Shown here one piece after another: positions 18,267 through 27,895 of a DNA stretch of 64,000 bases. A model generated the notes under the pieces. It was given only the letters and a program-made list of their open reading frames with translations. It ran no database searches and was not told the origin of the DNA. The translations under genes were made by a program, and so were the position numbers. This DNA comes from Candidatus Yanofskybacteria bacterium RIFCSPHIGHO2_01_FULL_44_17 (GTDB lineage Bacteria; Patescibacteriota; Minisyncoccia; 2-02-FULL-40-12; IGHO2-01-FULL-4-A). Numbering within the stretch: position 1 is the first letter of the stretch; every line of letters starts with the position of its first letter. The stretch is from the NCBI GenBank assembly GCA_001794195.1, contig MGJI01000006.1:2650-66649 (forward strand), given 5' to 3'.

Positions 18267-19459
18267 ATTTAAAGCCCATAGTTATAACTGGCCACCCCTA
18301 TGCATTTCCTTATTATTTTAAAGTTTTTGAATACGCAGAAAATAAAGATGACTTGATCTTTGCCTTGCCCAAGCTGTGGTTAGCTAAAAAGGGCAAGGTT
18401 AAGATTAAACTTGAGCAAAGGCCAGGCCTTAAAATTTACGGTCTGCACGCCGTATCTTATGGTGGTCGCGGTATTGCGGGCCTATTTAAGGGCTGGCTAC
18501 CGGGCATGATTTTTTTGTTACCGTATTTAAAAATTAAATATAAAAGTAAAGTTTTGTACTCCTGCTCGGAGTCCTACCTTTTGACCACCTTATGTAACGG
18601 CTTAGCGGCTAAGCTCTGCGGGATGAAGTATATTTTTTTTACATGGCAGAATGTTGAGCCGCAAAAATATATGAGCGGGCTAAAATTAAAATTGTATACT
18701 GCTCTGATACGAATGAATTTGCGCCTTGCAGATGGCGTGATCTGCGGCAATAAAAAAGCTGAGTTGATTATAAAAAAACTTAATCATAATAAGGCAACCA
18801 TGATTTGCCCGATAAGCGGTGTTGATATTGAAAAATTCCGTCCCAATATCCAAGGTGACTGGCGAGAAAAACTAAACATAAAACCCGAAGAAAAACTAAT
18901 TTTATTTTATGGTGCCCTGGATAAGCGCAAGGGACTGAACATTTTGATAGAAGCTATCAAAATGTTAATTTTCAATTTTCAATTTTCAATTTTCAAACTA
19001 GTGATTGTTGGCACGGGGCCAGAAGAAGAAAGTTTAAAGTTGCAAGTTAAAAGTTTAAAGTTGGAAGCTAGAGTAACTTTTCTTGATTGGCTGCCAAATG
19101 ATCAATTACCAGCGCTACTGAATGCCGCTGACGTCTTTGTTTATCCAAGCGTGCCATCTGGAGGATGGGAGGAACAATTTGGCTATGCAATGGCCGAAGC
19201 CAGCGCTTGCGGTGTGCCTGTGGTGGCAACGAGGACGGGTTCTATTGATGAAGTTGTTGTGGACGGCGAATCCGGCCTGTTGGTTGAGCCGAATAACCCA
19301 GAGCAATTGGCTGAGGCGATTTCAAGGACTTTGAATAACCCAAGCACGGCCAAGCAGATGGGTGAATCGGGTAGGGAATATATAGTCAAAACCCTCGCCC
19401 ATCGTATAGTCGTCAGAAAACTTATAAGTTTTCTGACGACTATCGGCGAGAGCAATTAA
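18263..19459 (+). CDS. GT4-family glycosyltransferase containing an (AATTTTC)4 heptanucleotide tandem repeat
   Basis: EEQFGYAMAEASACGVPVVATRTGSIDEVVVDGESGLLVEPNNPEQL. The repeat at 18967-18994 encodes FNFQFSIF. Confidence 0.8.
   Translation: MNLKPIVITGHPYAFPYYFKVFEYAENKDDLIFALPKLWLAKKGKVKIKLEQRPGLKIYGLHAVSYGGRGIAGLFKGWLPGMIFLLPYLKIKYKSKVLYSCSESYLLTTLCNGLAAKLCGMKYIFFTWQNVEPQKYMSGLKLKLYTALIRMNLRLADGVICGNKKAELIIKKLNHNKATMICPISGVDIEKFRPNIQGDWREKLNIKPEEKLILFYGALDKRKGLNILIEAIKMLIFNFQFSIFKLVIVGTGPEEESLKLQVKSLKLEARVTFLDWLPNDQLPALLNAADVFVYPSVPSGGWEEQFGYAMAEASACGVPVVATRTGSIDEVVVDGESGLLVEPNNPEQLAEAISRTLNNPSTAKQMGESGREYIVKTLAHRIVVRKLISFLTTIGESN
18967..18994 (+). repeat. perfect heptanucleotide tandem repeat (AATTTTC)x4 inside a coding sequence
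   Basis: Direct reading of AATTTTCAATTTTCAATTTTCAATTTTC. Confidence 0.8.
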
Positions 19460-19479
19460 AAACAGCACGGAGTGCTGTT

Positions 19480-20283
19480 CTAATTTGGATAGCCGGGCAT
19501 GATCGTCGCGCGAAGATCTTGTGCTGTTTTGCCGATTTCTGCGAGCATGCCATTAATTCGACGCTGTTTACTTTCAAGCTTTTTTCTTTGCAGTTCTGTC
19601 CGTTCAGACTGGACTTCAATTTTTCCTTGTGCTGATACTTCGAGTACGGCTAGTACCGGCCGTTTATGATATTCCCGCATCTTTAACAGAGGTATGAATT
19701 CACCAACGCCGGCGTTACTTTCTCCGTAATGATCGGCACATCTTGGTTTTATGTCGTGCGGATCAAAGCCACCAACTTCAGTAAGCGCCTTAATATCCCA
19801 CAGAGCGAGCGTGTTCATTATACTGCCTTCGCGAACAAATTCAGCTATTTCTGGTAGAGCAACTCCAACCGCAAGAGCGCCACTTCTTACTGCCGCACGC
19901 ATCTTTTTTAGCAGGATGGCATCAACATACGAAGCTGCTTCCCAAGAGAGAATCAATGAATGGGTAAGGCCGCGGGCGTATTGAAGAGCAATGCCATCGT
20001 TGAGCACAGAGACGAACAGATCCCCGTCTATTGTTTCGTGAGCCCGCGTATTAGAAAAAATACGTAACCCATTGATCATCTCACACAAAGCATTGTAGGT
20101 TCGTCCGCAATCGCTAGCCGGGTTGTCTAGGTTGGCCCAAACGCCAATCTGTACGTCATGAATGCCGGCATTGTTGAGTTTTTGTATCGCACTGGCCAAG
20201 CCTTTTAATAAGACATCAATTCCTTCTGTTTTGGGAGAGTAAGCTCTCAACAGGCCACCTATCTTTATGCCACTTGAATTCAT
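19480..20283 (-). CDS. hypothetical protein (possible TIM-barrel/glycosidase-like fold; not recognised)
   Basis: 267-aa ORF with no confident motif. Confidence 0.4.
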   Translation of the reverse strand: MNSSGIKIGGLLRAYSPKTEGIDVLLKGLASAIQKLNNAGIHDVQIGVWANLDNPASDCGRTYNALCEMINGLRIFSNTRAHETIDGDLFVSVLNDGIALQYARGLTHSLILSWEAASYVDAILLKKMRAAVRSGALAVGVALPEIAEFVREGSIMNTLALWDIKALTEVGGFDPHDIKPRCADHYGESNAGVGEFIPLLKMREYHKRPVLAVLEVSAQGKIEVQSERTELQRKKLESKQRRINGMLAEIGKTAQDLRATIMPGYPN

Positions 20284-20385
20284 TTCGCACCCAGCTTTCT
20301 AAATGTTCTACCAAAAAATTAATACATTTCAGCCATTATGTCAATACTTTTAGGATGCCCCCTTTTTTGTTAATTTCAAGTAATC

Positions 20386-21432
20386 ATGAAAATAGCAGTT
20401 GTTGGCGGGGGAATATTCGGGGTTACCGTAGCGGTTAAACTGGCGAGGGTCGGTTTTGGTGTGGATCTTTTTGAAAAAGAAAAAGATATTTTGATGGCTG
20501 CATCGGGTATTAATCAATTCCGTTTGCATCGAGGCTATCATTATCCGCGAAGTGCGGAGACTATCAGAGACTGCATACGCGCGGAGGCAAGCTTTGTAAA
20601 AGAATATGGTGGGGCGGTAATTGCCGGCGATGATCATCACTACTGTATCGCTAAAGAGGGTAGTCTGATACACCACAATGATTTTGTTAAAGTCTGCAAG
20701 AATTTTGGCCTTGGGTATGTGGAGGTGAGACCCGCAATGGTCAACCATGATAGGATCGGCCTTTCGGTTAAGGGGTATGAAAGCAGGATCGATCCAGATA
20801 AATTGAGACAACTGTGCTGGCAAAAACTAAAATTTGCTAAGGTTAATCTAAAATTAAAAACAGCAGTCACTGTCATGCAACTTAAAAAATACGATTTCAG
20901 GGTAATTGCTACATATGCCAGATTGAATGATTTTGTACCGTCAGCCAAACAGCGTAATTATCAATTTGAACTATGCGAGAAGCCGGTTGTTAAACTGCCG
21001 CGCGAGTTTAATAAGCAATGCCTCGTAGTTATGGACGGACCGTTTATGTGTATTGATCCTCTCGGACGAACGGGTAGTTTTCTGCTCGGTAATGTGGTGC
21101 ATGCTATTCATCAAACCAACATCGGCAAAAAACCGGAATTCGATAAAAAATTTAAACCCCTGCTAAATAGGGGAATTATCCGCAATCCGCCGGTGACTAA
21201 CTTCAGGAAATTTATTGAATCAGGGGCGGAGTTTATTCCTGGCTTAGTCAGGGCTAAGCACATAGGATCCATGTTTACTTTCAGGACGGTTTTACCTCGG
21301 CTTGAAAAAACCGATGCCCGCCCTACTGTTGTTACCAAAATTGATTCCAAAACAGCAACTATTTTCTCTGGCAAAATCGGCAATTGTGTTGAGGCGGCCG
21401 ATGAGGTACTAGCGTTAGTAAAAGAAATTTAA
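20386..21432 (+). CDS. FAD/NAD(P)-binding oxidoreductase
   Basis: N-terminal dinucleotide-binding motif MKIAVVGGGIFGVTVAVKLARVGFGVDLFEKE (GxGxxG). Confidence 0.65.
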   Translation: MKIAVVGGGIFGVTVAVKLARVGFGVDLFEKEKDILMAASGINQFRLHRGYHYPRSAETIRDCIRAEASFVKEYGGAVIAGDDHHYCIAKEGSLIHHNDFVKVCKNFGLGYVEVRPAMVNHDRIGLSVKGYESRIDPDKLRQLCWQKLKFAKVNLKLKTAVTVMQLKKYDFRVIATYARLNDFVPSAKQRNYQFELCEKPVVKLPREFNKQCLVVMDGPFMCIDPLGRTGSFLLGNVVHAIHQTNIGKKPEFDKKFKPLLNRGIIRNPPVTNFRKFIESGAEFIPGLVRAKHIGSMFTFRTVLPRLEKTDARPTVVTKIDSKTATIFSGKIGNCVEAADEVLALVKEI

Positions 21433-22215
21433 TTATTTCAAGGTTCAACCTTGAAATGGTTTTGAAGGGTTAATAAGGCGTCGGTTGCTCTGGTTTAAAT
21501 TCAAGCCAGCCTACGATTTCATTTATGAAATCAGCTTGTTTTTCAAAGTAGCGTGGGAATTGTCCAGGTGTCAAAATGGCCGATTCCGACCTTTTTATTT
21601 TTAAGTAATCTGGGAAGCTAGAATGCCGATAATTTTTTAAATGTTCTTTTGCCCGGTTCATATTTTTCACACCTTTATTTTTCCAATCCGGCTCAATGTG
21701 TGAAACCGGATTAAGGTGAATATATGAGTATAAATATTTCAAATAATTATCGCTATCTACATGCCGAGCTCGAAAGCGACCTTCAAATAAACTTCCTGAT
21801 CTTTGGTTTCGAATGTTAAAATACATAGTATATGCGGTCGTCAGTTTTTGCATAAATTGACTAACCCCGCCGCCTATGAGTTCGCGAACAAGTAAATGAA
21901 AATGGCTACCCATTAAACAATAGGCGCCAATGGCTGCTAGAGCTTTACCGCGCTCAATTTTATAAATAGGTATGCCTGAAAATATCTCGCGCACCGTGCT
22001 TAAATGTACTGCTTCGGTGCCGTTGCATAAATATAGAAGTTTTTGAAAACGGTTCCTGTCATTAGAATTAGTAAAAACGAGCCGTTTTTCAACGCCCCGG
22101 TTAAACACGTGGTAATATTCTCCTTCAGAAAAAGAAAACGGTCGAGACATGAGTTTATGACATGTTAACTCAATATTATCCCCATTTCAAGGTTGAACCT
22201 TGAAATGGGGATACA
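21433..22215 (-). mobile_element. IS200/IS605-family (HUH Y1 transposase) insertion element with subterminal hairpins
   Basis: Near-identical palindromes flank the transposase gene: ATTTCAAGGTTCAACCTTGAAAT (21435-21457) and ATCCCCATTTCAAGGTTGAACCTTGAAATGGGGAT (22178-22212). Confidence 0.7.
21470..22150 (-). CDS. Y1 HUH transposase, IS200-like / REP-associated tyrosine transposase-like
   Basis: YHVFNRGVEKRLVF; HUH motif in YCLMGSHFHLLV; C-terminal RFRARHVDSDNYLKYLYSYIHLNPV (catalytic Tyr region). Confidence 0.8.
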   Translation of the reverse strand: MSRPFSFSEGEYYHVFNRGVEKRLVFTNSNDRNRFQKLLYLCNGTEAVHLSTVREIFSGIPIYKIERGKALAAIGAYCLMGSHFHLLVRELIGGGVSQFMQKLTTAYTMYFNIRNQRSGSLFEGRFRARHVDSDNYLKYLYSYIHLNPVSHIEPDWKNKGVKNMNRAKEHLKNYRHSSFPDYLKIKRSESAILTPGQFPRYFEKQADFINEIVGWLEFKPEQPTPY

Positions 22216-22290
22216 ACCACTGCTTCTGGCAAAATTGGTAACCGTGTTGAAGCCGCGGAAGAGGTGCTGGAAATGGCAAAATTAGTTTAA
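22213..22290 (+). pseudogene. diverged duplicate fragment of the 3' end of the FAD-oxidoreductase gene
   Basis: Encodes TTTASGKIGNRVEAAEEVLEMAKLV*, compared with the genuine C-terminus SKTATIFSGKIGNCVEAADEVLALVKEI* at 21350-21432. It lies immediately outside the IS hairpin. Confidence 0.5.
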
Positions 22291-23216
22291 ATCTTAGAGA
22301 GTACCCTTACGACCCCAAGGCCAAAGCCGCCATCGGTGTGCGGTTTTTTGTTTCTGGTTATGCATTTGATAAATTCGGTGCATTCGATTTCAAGGGGAGT
22401 TTTTGTGCTTTGGTAAATCAGCTTGAAGGCGGCGCTTTTTTTGTCTAGCTTGAGTAGCCTGTCATTTTCCCAGAGGTAGACATTTTTATTCGTGGCCAGA
22501 GTTATGGTTTTGTTTTTGAAATTAGAAACCCTATTTATGTATATTGTGCAGGAGCGACTATTTTTAAAACCAAGACGTATATAAATTATGTCCGAATCAG
22601 TCACCATGCCGCTATTTTCAATTGTCTTAATGCTTGTGGGCTTGTCCAGCACCAGTTTATTGGGCGCTAAACTGGTGCTGGATGAACCAAACAGATCCAG
22701 TGCCATGGCAACGTCATGTGAGGCGAGGTTAAAAACCAGCTCCTCATTGAATGTGCCAAGCTTATTCCAGACGAATGAGGCATGTTTAAACGGCTCAACG
22801 TCGTTGAGCCGTTTAATTTTGGCCCAAACCGGGTGATAGGAGAAAATATGGCCGACGAATAAAATACGCTTTTTTTTTGCGGCTAGCCTAACTAGTTCTT
22901 GGGCCTGCTTGACATTGTCTGTAATTGGTTTTTCTACAAAAACATGTTTGCCGGCGAGCAGGGCTTTTTTGGCTAGTTCGTAATGCGCTTTTATCGGTGT
23001 AGCGATAATAACGGCGTCAATAGATTGATCATGCAGTATTTGGTCAAAAGATGCGGCGGTTTTGATCCCCGGGTAGTTTTTTTTGAGCCATTTTTTAGTT
23101 TCTGGGCTACCTTTATAAAAACACCACTCCACGAGGGCTACTCTATCAAACTCCCTCAATAAATTCTTGCCCCATCGGCCGATGCCGACTACGGCTAAAC
23201 ATTTTTTACTGGGCAT
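22287..23216 (-). CDS. Gfo/Idh/MocA-family NAD(P)-dependent oxidoreductase (start likely at MPSKK..., ORF-track start 23255)
   Basis: CLAVVGIGRWGKNLLREF...AVIIATPIKAHYELAKKALLAGKHVFVEKP. Confidence 0.75.
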   Translation of the reverse strand: MPSKKCLAVVGIGRWGKNLLREFDRVALVEWCFYKGSPETKKWLKKNYPGIKTAASFDQILHDQSIDAVIIATPIKAHYELAKKALLAGKHVFVEKPITDNVKQAQELVRLAAKKKRILFVGHIFSYHPVWAKIKRLNDVEPFKHASFVWNKLGTFNEELVFNLASHDVAMALDLFGSSSTSLAPNKLVLDKPTSIKTIENSGMVTDSDIIYIRLGFKNSRSCTIYINRVSNFKNKTITLATNKNVYLWENDRLLKLDKKSAAFKLIYQSTKTPLEIECTEFIKCITRNKKPHTDGGFGLGVVRVLSKI

Positions 23217-23239
23217 GGTAACATCAACGATATAGTAAA

Positions 23240-24397
23240 ATGTCAAAAAAATCAATAAAAATCATATTGGCTACGGGCATATTCTATCCCGACGTCGGCG
23301 GGCCGGCGATTCATGTGCGCAAAATCGCCGAGGCTTTGACGCAAAACGGTTTTCGGCCGGTGGTCATCGCTTATGGTGACTACGACGGACAAGAGAATTT
23401 CCCGTTTCGGGTTATTAGGATTTCAAACAAGCTCAACCCGATTTTAAGGCGTGCAAAATATACACTGACCGTATTGCGAGAATCATTGGCAGCCAAGGCA
23501 CTTTATGCCTTTAATCTCGCAACAGCCGGACTGCCCGTTTTCATTGCCGGCAAGTTATTTAGTAAAAAAATCCTAATTCGAGTTCCCGGCGATCCGATCT
23601 GGGAAAGGATAGTTGAAAACGGTAGGCGTTCTGTGTCTTTTGTTAATTATTATAAACAAGGGCTTCACACAGTCGACCGGCCGTGGCTCTTCAGGGTCAT
23701 AAAATTTGTATTATCAAGGTTCGACCACGTCGTGTTTTACAGTCCGTTTCTGTCAGAAATTTATAAAAAATATTATGCTATACCGGCAAACAAGGTGAGC
23801 ATTATTCTGAATCCGGTTTCGCGTCGGGAGATGCTACCGGTAGAGATAGCCAGTGAGCCGACGGTTCTCTTTGCCGGACGCTTTGTGGCTTACAAAAATC
23901 TTGAGCTGGTTATTAGGGTCTTTGATCGTGTACGGCGTAAGATTGGCAGCGGTAAATTAATCCTAATGGGGGATGGCCCAGACAGGGAAAAGCTGGAACG
24001 GCTAGCGAGCGGGATGTCGTCGGCGTCCAATATTAGGATAACTAGCAAGGTTTACCAAGAAAAACTCTTTGAACACGTTTGTTCATCAACGCTTGGAATT
24101 GGTCCCGCTCTTACCGAGTTCAACCCTAATTTTATTCTCGAGTGCCTTTCTTTTGGCAAACCGGTTTTGCTTAGCCGTGAAAACGGTCTTTCGGTCAAAC
24201 TGCCGGAAGAGTTTCTGTTTGATCCATCAGATGAAAATGAACTCGAGGCTAAATTAGTTAAATTTTTCGATGAAGATTTTTACAAATCTGCCCAGGGAAA
24301 AGTTAGTCGCATGGACATGAATCAAACATGGGATAAGGTGACAGGCGGACATTTAGAATTATTACATAAAATTACCAGTGGCTATGCGCATGTTTAA
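23240..24397 (+). CDS. GT-B glycosyltransferase (GT4-like)
   Basis: IKIILATGIFYPDVGGPAIHVRKIAEAL at the N-terminus. C-terminal ILECLSFGKPVLLSRENG. Confidence 0.6.
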   Translation: MSKKSIKIILATGIFYPDVGGPAIHVRKIAEALTQNGFRPVVIAYGDYDGQENFPFRVIRISNKLNPILRRAKYTLTVLRESLAAKALYAFNLATAGLPVFIAGKLFSKKILIRVPGDPIWERIVENGRRSVSFVNYYKQGLHTVDRPWLFRVIKFVLSRFDHVVFYSPFLSEIYKKYYAIPANKVSIILNPVSRREMLPVEIASEPTVLFAGRFVAYKNLELVIRVFDRVRRKIGSGKLILMGDGPDREKLERLASGMSSASNIRITSKVYQEKLFEHVCSSTLGIGPALTEFNPNFILECLSFGKPVLLSRENGLSVKLPEEFLFDPSDENELEAKLVKFFDEDFYKSAQGKVSRMDMNQTWDKVTGGHLELLHKITSGYAHV

Positions 24398-26069
24398 TTT
24401 TTTTAAGAATAAAAAGGCTGTTTTTTTAAGTATTCTGTTCCTGTTTTTGGTGTTGAGATTGCCAGGCTTGCATTTGCCATACCATCAGGATGAACGCAAG
24501 GCCGTAGTCGGCTACAGTTCGTTGTCTTCCGGCACTCCGCACCCGCCCCTCACTAGGGCTATTTTTACTTTGGATGCGACGATATTCGGGCGCGATAATT
24601 TTCGGGCCATGCCCCTGGTTTTCGGCGTCGCAAATCTTTTTTTGCTTTTTTATTTTGTTAGGCGACGATTTGGTTACGGAGCCGCCGTTTGGTCATCACT
24701 ATTTTTTTCTTTGTCTTTTTATTCGGTGTTAGGCTCTTTGGTTACCGAGATGGACGGTCAAGTTTTGCCATTTTTCTTTTTACTCTCGCTCGTCGCTTAT
24801 TTTAACTGGAAGGAGGCGCCTAGTCCTAGAAAAAAAACAATTTGGGGGGTGTTTCTGGCCTTCTCGCTTATTCTGGGATTCCTAACTAAACTCAATTTTA
24901 TTATTGCCGTAGGCGCGATTATTCTCGACTTTTTAATCGAAAACAGAAAGTCTTTTGTAAATAAAAAATTACTAATCAAATATGGTCTTGCCGTATTGGG
25001 TTTTTTGGCTTTGTTGGCCGTGGCATTGTTTAATGCCAAGCTATTTTTTAGGTCTTATGATCTTTCTATGACCTTGGGTCATGTAAACGACTTTATTAAA
25101 CTATCCGGCAGGGCGTATCTCCAGGTAATTATTCAGGTCGCTAAGGCCATAATGTATGTTTCACCGCTTTTATTAGTACCGATTTTTTTTGTAAACAAGG
25201 GCGACTGGAAAAAGTTTAGAATATTTTGGCTCTTTCTCCTTTTGGGTGCTATTTTTTACCTGATTATTTTTGATTTTTCCAGGTCTGCCCTGGATAAATA
25301 TTTGGCATTTATAATTGTGCCATTGTCTATAATTGCCGGGACAATTATGGCGGATGCTTGGAAGAAAAGCGAAGCCAAACTTTTAATTCCAACAGGTGAA
25401 CTTATTTTTTCAGGTTTGGTTTTGGCGTCAATCATTTTTTCCGTGCAGTTCTTGCCGCATTTTACGCCGCCGCTTTATCCAAAAGAAGAATGGATAAGTC
25501 GGATAATTAAATTAAGATGGAATTTCGTTTTTCCTTTTACCGGAGGCTCCGGTCCTCTTGGCTTTTACGTTTCGTGGCTGTTTATTGCCTTAAGCTGGAG
25601 CATATCCATATTGTTAGCGCTTGCGGCATTATTTAAAAAAGAGCTGCGCAAACTCGCAATGTGCGGAATTATTGTTGTCGGCCTATTTTATAATTTGGCA
25701 TTTGCGGAAGAGTACTTATTAGGTAGAATTAACGGTAGCCCGAACGCTTTACTCAAAAAAGCGATTAGTTTTATTGAAAATAATTCGGCCATAGGCAGGG
25801 TGATAAGCTATAATGATATCGGTGCCTACGAATTCATAAAAATTGACAAATACGAGAGGCGTCTTTATGCTGCGCCTAAATTTGAAGCCGCGTATGCTGA
25901 TATATTACAAAATTTCCAGGGGCACTATTTGGTAATTGACATTCCGCACCTAAGCTCAGAAAGTCCTTACGCCAAACATTTCATGACTTGTGATACTATT
26001 TACGAAGATCGTTCCGGTAAAATTTCAGCCAAGGTTTATAACTGTAAAAATGTCCCAACCACACGATAA
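24378..26069 (+). CDS. GT-C-family membrane glycosyltransferase (ArnT/PMT-like)
   Basis: More than 10 TM helices. First-loop acidic motif LPYHQDERKAVVGY (DE motif). Confidence 0.6.
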   Translation: MAMRMFNFFKNKKAVFLSILFLFLVLRLPGLHLPYHQDERKAVVGYSSLSSGTPHPPLTRAIFTLDATIFGRDNFRAMPLVFGVANLFLLFYFVRRRFGYGAAVWSSLFFSLSFYSVLGSLVTEMDGQVLPFFFLLSLVAYFNWKEAPSPRKKTIWGVFLAFSLILGFLTKLNFIIAVGAIILDFLIENRKSFVNKKLLIKYGLAVLGFLALLAVALFNAKLFFRSYDLSMTLGHVNDFIKLSGRAYLQVIIQVAKAIMYVSPLLLVPIFFVNKGDWKKFRIFWLFLLLGAIFYLIIFDFSRSALDKYLAFIIVPLSIIAGTIMADAWKKSEAKLLIPTGELIFSGLVLASIIFSVQFLPHFTPPLYPKEEWISRIIKLRWNFVFPFTGGSGPLGFYVSWLFIALSWSISILLALAALFKKELRKLAMCGIIVVGLFYNLAFAEEYLLGRINGSPNALLKKAISFIENNSAIGRVISYNDIGAYEFIKIDKYERRLYAAPKFEAAYADILQNFQGHYLVIDIPHLSSESPYAKHFMTCDTIYEDRSGKISAKVYNCKNVPTTR

Positions 26070-26490
26070 GGTTTTTTCTAAATTTGAATGGTTTGCTATC
26101 GGCTTTTTGTGTTTCCTTTTTGTTCTGACTTATGTGCTGACGCTGACCGATGTTTTTGTTATTTTCCCGTTAACGGACATTCCTTTACATTTTCTAGGCG
26201 GATTTTTTGTTGCATTGTTTTTTATCGGTTATCTGCACCGTGCGCTTGGGGCGACTAACTCTTTTGTGGGAGATATTACGATTATCGTGGGAGTATCTTT
26301 GCTTGTGGGCGTGGGCTGGGAGATTTTCGAGTTTGTTTTAGATAAAGTTTTACCAGCCGGTATAAGTCTTTTCCGTGGTGGCGATCTTTTCGATACCTTA
26401 AAAGATTTGGTTGTGGATTCGGCCGGAGCGGCAGCAATGTTTTTGCTGGTGCGAAGCCGATATCGCAAATCGGTTATGTTCAATGGATAA
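26050..26490 (+). CDS. VanZ-like membrane protein
   Basis: VGWEIFEFVLDKV...DLFDTLKDLVVDSAGAAA. Start placed at the internal Met (MSQPHDK). Confidence 0.5.
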   Translation: MSQPHDKVFSKFEWFAIGFLCFLFVLTYVLTLTDVFVIFPLTDIPLHFLGGFFVALFFIGYLHRALGATNSFVGDITIIVGVSLLVGVGWEIFEFVLDKVLPAGISLFRGGDLFDTLKDLVVDSAGAAAMFLLVRSRYRKSVMFNG

Positions 26491-27895
26491 GAATTCACTC
26501 AAAAAATTCTTTAACGAAATAGCCCCCAGGCGTGATCGTTGGAAGAAGAAAAACGGCTATTACTATGAATATATAGAAGACAAACTTCTGCCGTTTTTGA
26601 TTCCTCCGGCTAAAAGTGTTCTGGAAATCGGCTGTGGTACCGGAGATCTTCTGGCTAAGCTTAAGCCAGCGCGTGGTTTGGGTATTGATATAAGCGAAGT
26701 AATGGTTGGGTTGGCCAATAAAAAACACACCAATTCAACGCTGGAATTTAAGGTGGCGGACGTGAGCGACTTAGATGAGAAGTTTGATTTTGTTGTTATG
26801 TCTGATCTCGTTGGATACCTGGACGATGTTCAGGGTCTGTTTGCGAAATTACAAGACGTAACACACCCCAGGAGTCGTATAGTTATAACCCAATATAATC
26901 AGCTTTGGGAACCGATTCTTGAACTGGGCTCCAAACTAAAAATCAGAATGCCGTCTATGCACCAGAACTGGCTTTCGGAAATAGATATTGAAAACCTGCT
27001 TTACTTAGCCGGTTTCGAAGTGATTAAAAAAGGCAAGAAAATGATCTTACCGAAAAAGGTTCCGCTTATTTCCAAGTTTTGTAATAATTTCTTGGCAAAT
27101 ATTTGGCCGTTTAACCGCCTGGCGTTGATAGATTATATAGTGGCGAGACCCTTTCCTATTGGGGGTGGTGGGCCGGCATCTGTTTCAATTGTTGTGGCCG
27201 CAAGAAATGAAGCTGGGATGATAAAGAAAATTATTAATGAACTGCCTGATCTTGGCAGTGGAACGGAACTTATTTTTGTTGAGGGCGGCTCGAGTGATAA
27301 CACGTTTGACGCGATAAAAAGAGAGACAATGGAATATAAGGGTAATAAAATTATCAAGTTTGCTAAGCAGGACGGCAAGGGTAAGGGCGACGCCGTGCGC
27401 AAGGGTTTTGATATGGCTACGGGCGATATTCTGATGATTTACGATGCTGATATGACGGTACCGTCGGAGGAACTTCACAAATTTTATAACGCCATGGTAA
27501 GCGGCAGAGGAGAGTTCGTTAACGGTTCCAGGCTCGTTTACCCTATGGAAAAAGAGTCTATGCGCTTCCTGAATTATTTAGGTAATAAATTTTTCAGTGC
27601 TGCATTTAGCTGGCTTTTGGGCCAAAAGATTAAAGACACTCTGTGCGGCACTAAGGTGCTGTGGCGTACTGATTATGAAGACATAAAAAGAGGCCGTCAC
27701 TTCTTTGGCGACTTTGATCCGTTCGGGGATTTCGATCTACTTTTCGGTGCCGCCAAGCTTAATCATAAAATAATCGACCTGCCGGTTCACTACAAAGAAA
27801 GGACGTACGGTACGACTAACATTAGCCGATGGAGTCACGGGTGGTTGCTGTTGAAGATGGTTGTATTTGCGATGAAAAAGATTAAGTTCATATGA
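26483..27895 (+). CDS. bifunctional SAM-dependent methyltransferase / GT2 polyprenyl-phosphate glycosyltransferase fusion
   Basis: Methyltransferase motif I VLEIGCGTGDLLAKL. GT2 core VSIVVAARNEAGMIKKII...ELIFVEGGSSDNT...YDADMTVPSEEL (DxD). ATGGATAA start/stop overlap with the previous gene. Confidence 0.75.
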   Translation: MDKNSLKKFFNEIAPRRDRWKKKNGYYYEYIEDKLLPFLIPPAKSVLEIGCGTGDLLAKLKPARGLGIDISEVMVGLANKKHTNSTLEFKVADVSDLDEKFDFVVMSDLVGYLDDVQGLFAKLQDVTHPRSRIVITQYNQLWEPILELGSKLKIRMPSMHQNWLSEIDIENLLYLAGFEVIKKGKKMILPKKVPLISKFCNNFLANIWPFNRLALIDYIVARPFPIGGGGPASVSIVVAARNEAGMIKKIINELPDLGSGTELIFVEGGSSDNTFDAIKRETMEYKGNKIIKFAKQDGKGKGDAVRKGFDMATGDILMIYDADMTVPSEELHKFYNAMVSGRGEFVNGSRLVYPMEKESMRFLNYLGNKFFSAAFSWLLGQKIKDTLCGTKVLWRTDYEDIKRGRHFFGDFDPFGDFDLLFGAAKLNHKIIDLPVHYKERTYGTTNISRWSHGWLLLKMVVFAMKKIKFI

